From: Blastocystis sp. subtype 4
Lineage: Eukaryota
Assembly (NCBI RefSeq): GCF_000743755.1
Contig: NW_014569441.1
Span: 1 to 32,584 of the forward strand
Reading direction: 5' to 3'
Length of the DNA: 32,584 nucleotides
The notes below the pieces were generated by a model that did not search any database, was not told the DNA's origin, and saw only the letters and a list, made by a program, of their open reading frames with translations. Shown piece after piece: positions 22,892-32,584 of the stretch. Position numbers and translations under genes: made by a program. Position 1 is the first letter of the stretch. Each line of letters starts with the position of its first letter.

Positions 22892-22981
22892 GGAAACAGC
22901 AATAATGTGAGTGGGGAAACTCGAGTTTCTACTTTTATATAACAAACACAGGATCACGAAAAAGGAAAACTATACACCTGT

Positions 22982-24170
22982 TCAAGTGTAAAGTGACAGA
23001 TAAACCCAAAATAGCAACAACTCAAAAGAAAGAGCCATACACTGGAAGAAGAATTACCACAAAGCAGATAGTAATACTATATAGAGAAGCGAATGTAAAT
23101 CCGGAGGATGATTCCACCCGACTCATCAAATAGTCAATCTCATTATTCTGATCAATTTCAAGAAGATTCTATATTATATTTGAATTCCAAGTATACAAGC
23201 TCCTCATCTTCATAGACACCTTGTCGACAAACAGGACATACAGCTTTTCCATTCAAAAGCCAGGGATCAATGCACTCACAATGAAACACATGGTCACACC
23301 GCAACTTGCGAATTTCGTCATTCTCCTCGAATTCGACCAAACAAATACTGCATGTTGTCTCTTTCACAACCTTGCTGTGATAACAAAGTCTCTTACTCTT
23401 CTTCACAAATTTCCTTCGATGATGAACTCGAATTCGATTTGAAATACGAAACAGACAATAAAGAAAGGCATATCCACTAATGAAGAGCAGTCCAAACTAT
23501 TTATCATTCTATCAAACTATAAATACAGAGCAGATTAATAGTATTGACTCTACCATCGAATATGTTTGTTCTAGCGGTAACTACCAACAGCAATTGATAC
23601 CTTCGCCAACAGAACTTAATATAGCAACTGTCGATGAGTTTAATCGGCACTCCTCGAGAATCTGTTGACCACTTCCTTTCGAAATGGAAATGGCAGGAAT
23701 CGTAATCTAAAATTCATTTCATTCTGCCATATTTACATTGTATAAATCACTTTCATCATCATCTAACGAATACAATATGGTATCATCATTTGTATTCTGT
23801 TCATATGTCATTACAACGACTCCCAAGGCTCCCAAATTATTCATCTAGTTTAAATCAAATCTCATTTGCTCACATTGTACACTTGTTCGGCAATGGAACA
23901 CTTTGGTTTCGGTATTACTCGTACAAGAAGAGCTATTCGGTTCATGACACTCGTTGTCACGTTCCCACATCCATCAGATGGTTCAACTGATGTAATAATA
24001 GCAGTAACATCTATATATAATAATTACTCTCTATCTTTACTGGAATCACCATAAGAAAGACCAAAGGAAGCTCTAAGATGACTCACAATGAAAGAATGGT
24101 TCGATATGACGACCAATGCATACGAGTAGTACAGTAAAATAAGATAAAGGAATCCATGAGAAACGTACAT
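22982..24170 (-). CDS. PA-TM-RING-H2 E3 ubiquitin ligase (RNF13/RMR-like); 3' end uncertain
   Basis: Signal peptide, ASFG, DGC...IALLVR..CSIAEQVYN..GALGVVV..ITIPAISISKGSG (PA domain), a TM segment, and CSICLVEFEENDEIRKLRCDHVFHCECIDPWLLNGKAVCPVC (RING-H2). Confidence 0.88.
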
Positions 24171-24239
24171 TTGTTAGCAAAAAACTGATTACAGATTCAC
24201 AATCGCGGTTTTTGTGTGATTTCTATTTCGTTGTTAGTA

Positions 24240-25411
24240 ATGCCTGTTGAAGAGTTCAACAGGAAGGAAACTACTTTTTGCTGGATCTTTTCCAGATCTT
24301 TGGCATTTATTCCTCCTCTTGTTCTAGTTATCGGTTTTTTTCTTGTCTACAGTGGTCCTTCCAGGGCAACATATATCAAACGGTACAAACCGGTTGATAG
24401 CATTGCTTATAGATAGGTACAATGAACGTGCTACTTATTGGCGAGATGTGGGATTAGAAATGTTTCAGTCAAATTCCTTTACAATTCGTTCCTCTATTGC
24501 AGCAGACCATTTTCGGATTGTATCCAGAAAGGGAACAAATCAGTATCCAGTGGAGGATACATGTGATAAGAAAGGAGATCCCGATGAGGGTTGCATTTAT
24601 GTTGATAGCGCTTGGTTTGACAGTACTGTCATTATCTATGATTCAGAAGCAAGTTATTCCGTTCTTGATAGTAACATGACTGAAATTGCTTCATTTTCTT
24701 ATCCGGGGACAATTGAGTTGCTGATGACTCCTAAAGATTTGAATTGCTCGAATCGAATGTAAGCGGATGTCCATAGTTTGATAGATAGTTCTGAATGCAG
24801 TTCAGAGTGTTCTCATCACAACGGTGAATGGAATGCATCCATTGTTCGATGTGTTAATACCTTGTATCTCAGTCAAACTTGCCACCGACTCTCATTGAGT
24901 GATGGGCATTATCGCATCGATCCATATTTGTAAGTAGTATATTTGTGTGAAAGAGTAGATCTCAGATTCTACCAGAGAACAAACAGTATAATGTCTTAAA
25001 AAGTGATTATGGAGGCTGTGAATACAGTACAAATTGGAATTCAGCAATATACTCAGATAGAAAGGTGAATCAGATTCATGTCTTTGTATGTGTTATGGAA
25101 CTGTACTGATTGTAGTTACGATCAGCAGAAGATGCTGTGATCGCTGCTTCAGCACAGACTCGAGGATGTAGTGACTCCAGATATCCAAACACTTGTTTTG
25201 GGAAGACACGAATGGAGGATCGAGTTATTGGACTCACTGTCATTTTCTGTGAAGTTGTTACTATTGGAATCGAAGTCATAGTAGAAAAGCAGGTTGGTTT
25301 GAATGATAGATTTGGATTGGTTTTCGGATTGTAATTGCTTCCAAACGCCATCAGGCAATGATACAAGCAATGAATCAATCGTTTGAACAAGATGTCTATT
25401 TGTTGAATTGA
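24240..25411 (+). CDS. Uncharacterised membrane protein with two terminal TM segments and a Cys-containing luminal loop
   Basis: N-terminal TM LAFIPPLVLVIGFFLVYS and C-terminal TM VIGLTVIFCEVVTIGIEVIIWIGF. ORF pieces join through ~30-nt introns; TGA at 25409-25411. Confidence 0.6.
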
Positions 25412-25519
25412 GATGTTTCTTTCCATGCTCTTATTCTTCATCAATCCAATGCTGCAGATTGACATGTACAATAAACACATCATTACACCAGTCGATTGCA
25501 ACAACAATACAAGCAAGAT

Positions 25520-26272
25520 TTATTTCTTTGCCTTCTCTTCAATCGCTTTTACAATATCATCCCAATCTTCGATTTCCAAACCCGTTTCCTTCACTTTAAA
25601 TGCCATATATCCAGCACGTCTCGCCAAATCTACATTCCATGCATCATCATCAATCAAAAGAGTGTGGGATATCATCGCTTGACGTTTCATTGGATCAATG
25701 GATGTCAATGACTGGAAATAGTCACCCGTGTACGAACGAATCTGGTTTTGGAATGCTTCCTCGTTTAATATGGGATAATGCTGGTATTCCGAATCCATTC
25801 GTTCCCACACTCGAGCTAAGTGGTTGTTTTTTCCACATGCCTAGAACATTATAAACCTACAAGAATAAGATACTCGAACGGCTTCCACAGTACCTCTCCA
25901 TGCTTCGATAACTAAGTGATCGCAGATATCCGGATACGAATCGAATGTGTTTCCAAAAATATATTCAACCAACTCCCTTCCTCCCATAAGACTGGAATGC
26001 GAAGCCATCAATGGATCAGTATTTGTACAAATAGCGACAGCAATTCCATTTTTCAATAGAGCAGGGATAATTACCTTCACAGACTCCTTCACGTGATCCA
26101 GGACTTCTTTGGCCTTTAAAAGCTTTATACCAGCATTTGCAAATACTGGAGGAACAGTTTCATTATCTTTCACAACCACTCCAGAGGTGTGGATATTTAA
26201 CGAGGTTTGATCCATATCAAATGCAACAAGCCATATTTGGTCCTTGAAGGTATCTGAAATTGATATCTCCAT
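25520..26272 (-). CDS. HAD-superfamily phosphatase
   Basis: Motif I LVAFDMDQT, motif II AICTN, motif III GKNNH and motif IV LLIDDDAWNV. One 33-nt intron. Confidence 0.8.
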
Positions 26273-26298
26273 GACAAGTTGAATGAAAACCTAGTTCC

Positions 26299-26306
26299 AA
26301 CAAACA
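26299..26306 (-). terminator. TGTTTGTT polyadenylation element
   Basis: Starts 5 nt after the in-frame T at 26311 in the CDF gene. Confidence 0.8.
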
Positions 26307-26310
26307 ACCC

Positions 26311-27453
26311 ATTTATCCATCCATTCCAACGAAGGGTCTTTAGAAATTTGAATAGTCACATTCTGAAAGGTATTACTGCACATGGACTCAATCGTATGGA
26401 AGAGGTGTTCTCGATCGGCAGATCGATGTGCTTGCACTTTAATAGCTCCCACAAGACATCCCGGAGACTCAATCCAGTAATTCACATTGGTCACTTCGAT
26501 AACTCCCTCTGTCATACTAATACGTCGAACAAGGGTGCGGATCTCCTGAGCCAAATCATCTGGAATGCCCAATACCAGTACTTCGGCAGCATGCTACACA
26601 TCACGAATAAGAGGGAACCTAACCTTCAATTCCGGCCATGAAGTATAAATCATGAATAAACACATCACTGCACATTCAATGTAATCAACATACACCAATC
26701 CCTGAAACATGTATCAAAGAACAATCTCTTACTCGTTTGAAACTTAGATAATTGGAAATAAAAACGAAAGATAACGTGAAAAGGTCGATAATGATATGAA
26801 CGTAATCTTCTCCCTCTAATTGACGACTCTTGCTTGCTTTGGCCTGAAATACATCTCTAGAATATCGTGCTCTATATTGTTGCTTGTAGCGACCAAATCC
26901 GAAGATGGAGATTAGAGATACTCCAAACGAGATGACACTCACAATATCGGATATCCGAGTGATTTCGGACGAAACAGAGAGTTCGGAATGCAGATGATGA
27001 CCATCCGTGAACCCATGAAGCATTTCAAAGAGAAGAAAACAGCAGATCTAGAGATGAAACTCGGAAGCTAAATTGACAATAACGATCGAGAGGTTGACTG
27101 TGAACACATACAAAAACTCATGTCTTCCATATCCATAAGAATAATTCTCGTCTTTCTCTCTCTTCTCGATCACGTTTCCAATACACACAATCAAAAACGT
27201 AGCTACATGTTCCATTCGGTGAACACAGTCGGCATAGGCACCTACGAGTGAAACATACACTATACAAGGACCAAGAGATTCTGTAATCACTGCAATAGTA
27301 AGTTGAATCACAGTAATGACGATACACAAGAAGATAAATAACCACAGACTCTTGTCTGCACTAGATATCAGATTTTCATATTATTTTCGACAATAGCTCC
27401 CGTTTATGGGATCGCAAGTATTTCCACGTAGATACAGTTGTTGAGTGGTCCAT
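26311..27453 (-). CDS. Cation diffusion facilitator (ZnT/CDF) metal transporter; stop probably poly(A)-completed at 26311 (genomic TAG at 26291-26293)
   Basis: AYADCVH, YSYGYGRHE, HGFTDGHH, YVHIIID, and a C-terminal domain EGVIEVTNVNYW...VTIQISKD. Multi-exon. Confidence 0.8.
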
Positions 27454-27535
27454 AGAAGAAGAAATCAATTCTATTACAATGGACAAAAGTCTTCACTCAA
27501 CAGAGTAAAACAATGTCATTCCAACAAACAAAAAC

Positions 27536-28539
27536 TCAATAACTTCCCAGCAAACTCACTTCCACACTAAATACTTCTCCAGGACGTATATCACTAACAA
27601 TGTTTCCCTTCTCCCCAAATCCCATTTCAGGAGCTACTACAATATCTCGTACTCCTCCAATTCGCATAGCTAATCATCATCTAAAATAAATACGAATACT
27701 TTGAATCGCTTTATCCACTCCATTGCAAATGTGACCAATTCCAACTCTAAATTGCGAGGGGAAAGGACAACGAGTTGCCTCATCAGGAACTGTACTATCC
27801 AATACCTCTCCTGTTGGTAGTGTGAGTTTGTAGGTGATTTGCACACGATGCCCCTTTCTAGGCAAATCACCTTCTCCAACCACCAGATCCTTGTAGCGAA
27901 CGTACTTTCCGAGGTGTTTGTATTCCTAAATATCAGCAAGGAGTTGATAATTACAGGTCGATCAAATGAAACAGCGTCTCGAGATAAGTCCTCATTTGAT
28001 GGAGTTTCTTTCGAATTATCAGATTCAGCCTCATGTTTGTTGCAGTGTCCTCCACATTCTCCATCGCATTCACTGCACTCGTATTCTTCATCGTCACTCG
28101 CATCACTCATTTCCATCGCCTCTTTGAGCGACATCAACTTGGTAGCATCCAGACCCGTCACATATCCAATAACATCGACCTCATTTTCACCAACAACTTC
28201 AAAAGAAACAAACATGCAATCCTTGCTGAATTTCAAATTCACACGTTGATTTGGATGCTCTGCATTCAATTTCTCTAAAATAAGCCTACTAGAAGACAGT
28301 GTAGCTATGATAAACTCCTGGCCCTCCACAATTCCCTTCAAAATCGTTATTCCCTTCGCTGGACCCTTCAAAGCAATCTGGAAATGATTCACGATCTCAG
28401 ATACATACATTTGTAACAGACAACTCACGAAACATCAACCCTATGGTAGTTGTTGTTCCAGGCTTCACCTATACTCAGAACCTCTTCTGTATTACTGTAC
28501 AGTACGTCCAAAGAAGTATTCAGTGATATTCTTCTCCAT
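27536..28539 (-). CDS. Nucleoplasmin-like domain + acidic tract + FKBP PPIase (Fpr3/Fpr4/FKBP39-type)
   Basis: N-terminal FFGRTVKPG and VDVIGY (NPL domain), an acidic stretch, then DLVVGEGDLPRKGHRVQITYKLTL..FRVGIGHICNGVD..MRIGGVRDIVVAPEMGFG (FKBP domain). Confidence 0.8.
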
Positions 28540-28578
28540 GGAATAGGAATATGATGTGCAAACAAACAATATAACCAC

Positions 28579-30558
28579 CTACTTCTATACTATCACTACC
28601 CATGAACAGAAACCAACCATAAGCCTAGTCTGCTGTTCTACAGCCTCCATCAGTTCCTCCTTCAACACATTCTTCTCTTTCAGCAGTTCCTCCCATTCTA
28701 TCTTTCATTTTTTTTGCTCCAATCCAACTCATTTTCACTGATTCCAAGCGCGCTTGCATCACATCTAATTCTCCTTGTTTCTTCTTCACACGCAATGTTA
28801 CGTTGCTAATCTTCTCACAAATCCTTGTGATATCCTGCTGACGCAAAAAGGAAATCTTCGCCATGTCCTCTTCTGATACTTCTATTGTGTTATATAATTT
28901 ATTAGTCTACCGGGATCGAATGACATGTGCTGATCCAAATACAGAAGCGATTCCACCTGAGCAAGGAGTTTCTGCTTGAATTCCTTCATTTCATTTATCT
29001 CCTCTTCAGCTAAGACATAGTTTTGAGATTGCTTTTTGAATTCCTGTTTGATTCCATATTCACGCTCACTAATTTGTTCTAACCTCAATCGAACACTTCG
29101 AATATCTTGTGAAATCTGTTTTTGTTTCTTTAAAATGATTTCTTTGTCTCTAGAATCAATTCAATTCACTTCCCCTACACACTTGGAATGTAATCCGATA
29201 TAAGAGAAAGATGCTCTGAAATCTCTCTCTCATACTGCTCATTCAATACATTATAACTGTGTTCCGTCACCTTCTCATCAAATCATAGACAAATCCTCAC
29301 CCCTTTCACATTCAGTATCAATGTAAACAATTGCTCTCGTTCTTTAGCTGTCTGCAACCAGTCTGTTCGGATACTCTTCATCAAAATCGACAATTCTACA
29401 ATATCCTTCGATATCATCTCCTTCTCGAAGAATTGGAGCAATCCGAGAGTAATCCGAATCACTCCAACCCAGTTCTAATTATGATAATCGAATCCACAAT
29501 GATGACCTCACACATTATATATCCCCATAACCGGAATATTAAGGGTAATGGAAGAGTCTAATTAATATGGATTCAAAAGAATCCTACATAAGAAAAGAGA
29601 GTAATAAACCATTTCGATACAATTATGGAAACGTCATAACCAACACGATCGAAATAGTCTAGAATGGAAGGGCATGTGGTTCTATATCTCGTTCGTTATT
29701 CTTTAATTACTTCATATATTGTTGAAGAATGTAAATAAAACGCTTCAACTCTGGAATTCCAGAACTCCACAATCCTTGCATATGGAGGATGCGAATGAGA
29801 TTGACTGTGACTCCAAAAGCCTGTTTCTCGATTTGTGATTGTGATTCTCTAGTCATCAGCATTTCTCTCCACGGTTACGTCATTGCATATTGGAGGATCG
29901 CTTGATTCTTTGTTGTATCATCACCAAATCCGTCACCTTCCGGGTCTACGATCCCAATCAGAATTACTCCCACGACGAAATTCATTCCCTATAAGTAATC
30001 ACAATATGTCTCTCCAACCTGACAATAGCCGATATCTGTGTAACATTCACTGATGCAACGAAGCACGTTCTCTAACATCAACTGACCCAGACCTCCCGCG
30101 GTCTTGAAAAGACAATGTGTAGGAAAAGTTCGATTCACGTCTCGAAGTATATCACCAATTACTCCCTCGTTCTTGATGAACGCCTCTCCGTATCCATAAC
30201 TACGAAGACGATCATACAAGTCATCATAGTTGATCGAGAGATTTTGTGATGCCAAGCAACTTTTCCAATACCTAAGGTCACAAATCCACTGAATCCCCAC
30301 TCCAATACATTGTGATCCTCCAGATTACTCACCATTGCGGCTCGAAGTAATACATCTCCTTGAAACGACCCTATGTGATAGTGATAAACTGTTCAGAAAC
30401 CAACATTGATGGAGTCTCTTACTGACACACCGAATAGCACAAATATCATCGTTCTAGACATGGAACCCCAGATATACAATATGTACAGATAGAAATGAAC
30501 ATGACATGTCCAAAACAAAACAGAGAAGATCCCTAGGTTCATCTGTACTCGGATTCAT
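28579..30558 (-). CDS. TBC-domain Rab GTPase-activating protein with C-terminal coiled coil (boundaries approximate)
   Basis: ILRDVNRTF (Arg finger) and IGYCQ|GMNFVVG (Gln finger, across an intron). Coiled-coil C-terminal exons; many short introns. Confidence 0.85.
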
Positions 30559-30656
30559 TTCTGATCCCTTCGTATTAAAGAAGGATAAAGAATGAATACG
30601 TGGCAAAAAACGACTCGATTTCTGGTCTAGTTTTGGATTTAAGTCATTATCTTTCC

Positions 30657-32302
30657 ATGTACTGCGCTGCCATCGATCAGGGTACCACCAGGTAATTTAG
30701 GAGTTTGAAATCCATCTTAGTTCGCGCTTTATCGTATTTGATCATGATGGTTCAATAATCAGTGTTGCTCAAAAGGAACACGAACAAATTATGCCACATC
30801 CGGGATGGGTTGAACATGATCCAATTATGATTATTCAGAATGTGGAAGTTGTGAAGAGGGAACGAATTAAGGTGTAGGAATGTATTCAGGAGTGTCTTGA
30901 ATCTGGGAATCTGTCAGTGAAGGATATTGCAGCCGTAGGTATTACCAATCAACGCGAAACACTCGTTATCTGGAATCGTTTCACTGGAAAACCTCTGTAC
31001 AATGCAATTGTTTGGATGGATTGTCGTGGAGATGAGGTGATTTCGCACTTTACGGATGCCCATGACAAGGATTGGTATCAAGAAAAGACAGGTTTGCCTT
31101 TGTCCTCCTATTTCACAGCTCCCAAGTTATATTGGGCCATTCAACATATACCAGAGGTGAAGAAGGGATTGAAGGATGGATCTGCATTAGTAGGTACAAT
31201 AGACTCCTGGCTATTGTGGAACTTCACTGGAGGCATTCATGGAGGACTTCATTACACCGATGTGACCAATGCAAGTCGAACAATGCTTATGAACATTCAT
31301 TCCCGTCAATGGGACCCAGAACTTGTCGAACTTGTTGGTGTTCCGATTTCTGCACTTCCGGAAATCCATTCTTGTTCTGAGATCTATGGCACTGGCTGTA
31401 GGTCGTTAGAAGGCGTAACATTGAGTGGTTCGTTGGGAGACCAGCAAGCGGCTCTATTCGGACAGACGTGTTTTGGAAAGGGAGAGATGAAGAATACGTA
31501 TGGAACAGGTTGCTTCATTCTGATGAACACCGGCCCCTCAATTGTTCATAGTCAGAATGGATTGGTAACAACCGTCGCCTATCAAATAGGGGCTGAAGGA
31601 GAAGTTCAATATGCCTTAGAAGGCAGTGTGACTATTGCTGGTGCTCTGGTACAGTGGCTTCGTGATAATCTTGGAATGATTCACTCCAGTTCGGAGGTGA
31701 GATTTGTAAGGTGTAACTTAGGAATAGATTGAGAAGATGGCTACCAGTGTTGATTCTAGTGAGGGAATGTATATTGTCCCAGCATTTTCAGGATTATATG
31801 CTCCTCACTGGAGATCGGATGCTCGCGGTTGTATGGTTGGAATGACAAGAATGATTAATCGGAACCACATCTGTCGAGCTGTTCTAGAAGCTACAGCATA
31901 TCAAACATATGATGTGTTTGAAGCAATGGAACGAGATTCCGGAATTAAAATCACAGAACTAAAGGTAGATGGCGGAATGACACAGAATGATGTAAGTGAT
32001 TTTGTTCTTCTTGATTGGAATAGTTTTTGATGCAGTTCCAAGCCAACATCTGCAATATTGATATCATCATTCCTCAAGTGACTGAAACTACCTCTCTTGG
32101 AGCATGTTTTGCGGCTGGGTTGGCTGTTGGATACTGGAAATCGCTGGATGATATCAAGAGTCAGTGGAAGGTTCAGAAGAAGTGATGCTATAGAAGAGAG
32201 ATAATGCATAGATACCATGGAACGATGGATCGAGAGGGAATTGATCGAAGGATAAGAGGTTGGCGAAAAGCTATTGAAAAGAGTCTTAGTTGGGTTGAGT
32301 AA
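30657..32302 (+). CDS. GK: Glycerol kinase
   Basis: [64 protein letters not shown] and VDGGM. Five short introns. Confidence 0.96.
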
Positions 32303-32441
32303 TATATTCTGCTTGCTGATTTGTTTGTTAAATTGATAGCAAGCAAGGTAATATGCTCAATAACAAGATTGAAGCGAGATTTGCTACCTGATTTTTAATG
32401 GATTTCTGTCATTTCCAACCATTCTCACAAAGTGGCACACC

Positions 32442-32584
32442 ATGCAGCTCTTTTTCAAGACTGTTACTGTAAGCACGTTTGAAGTATCTCTGTGAATTTT
32501 GAACCCTCTCTAACCTGATCTAGGGAAACACTGTCTCTCTTGAGGTCCAGCCCACAGAAACTGTGGAGGAGGTCAAGAAGATGA
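32442..32584 (+). CDS. Ubiquitin-like domain protein, 5' part only
   Basis: MQLFFKTVT|GNTVSLEVQPTETVEEVKKM after removing a 55-nt intron (32469-32523). Clearly Ubl but not canonical ubiquitin. Confidence 0.75.

Noticed and set aside
25076..25516. 146-aa minus-strand ORF
   Set aside because: Mostly antisense to the spliced plus-strand membrane-protein gene, with no recognisable motifs.
28207..28214. TGTTTGTT inside the FKBP coding region (also antisense copies at 24978 and 28034)
   Set aside because: The -5 base is a third-position T, so cleavage would give a non-stop mRNA. Probably a chance match, showing that the motif alone is not sufficient.
30657..32302. Glycerol kinase as a lateral-transfer candidate
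   Set aside because: The enzyme is highly conserved across bacteria and eukaryotes; origin cannot be judged without a phylogeny.

Overview
Very compact, intron-rich eukaryotic nuclear DNA, almost certainly Blastocystis (anaerobic stramenopile gut protist; a low-GC subtype is inferred). Three signatures support this: (i) dozens of GT-AG introns of about 28-33 nt with degenerate donors, (ii) a TGTTTGTT element just downstream of most genes, in three cases spaced so that poly(A) addition completes a UAA stop, and (iii) an RPB1 CTD built on the stramenopile YSPTSPA heptad. About 20 genes were reconstructed by hand-splicing. In order they are: a partial secreted/surface protein, a RING+MORN-like+LRR protein, a degenerate galactokinase-fold protein with a C-terminal membrane anchor, an atypical Hsp70, RPB1, a bacterial-type GNAT, an ER DnaJ, a Q/N/K-rich disordered protein, ATG6/Beclin, TAF13, SGT1, a fucosyltransferase-like enzyme, a V-ATPase S1/Voa1-like protein, a PA-TM-RING E3, an unknown two-TM protein, a HAD phosphatase, a CDF metal transporter, an NPL-FKBP, a TBC Rab-GAP, glycerol kinase and a partial ubiquitin-like gene. 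No rRNA, tRNA, CRISPR or mobile element was recognised. Most short ORFs in the supplied track are exon fragments or antisense shadows. Exon boundaries are manual predictions.
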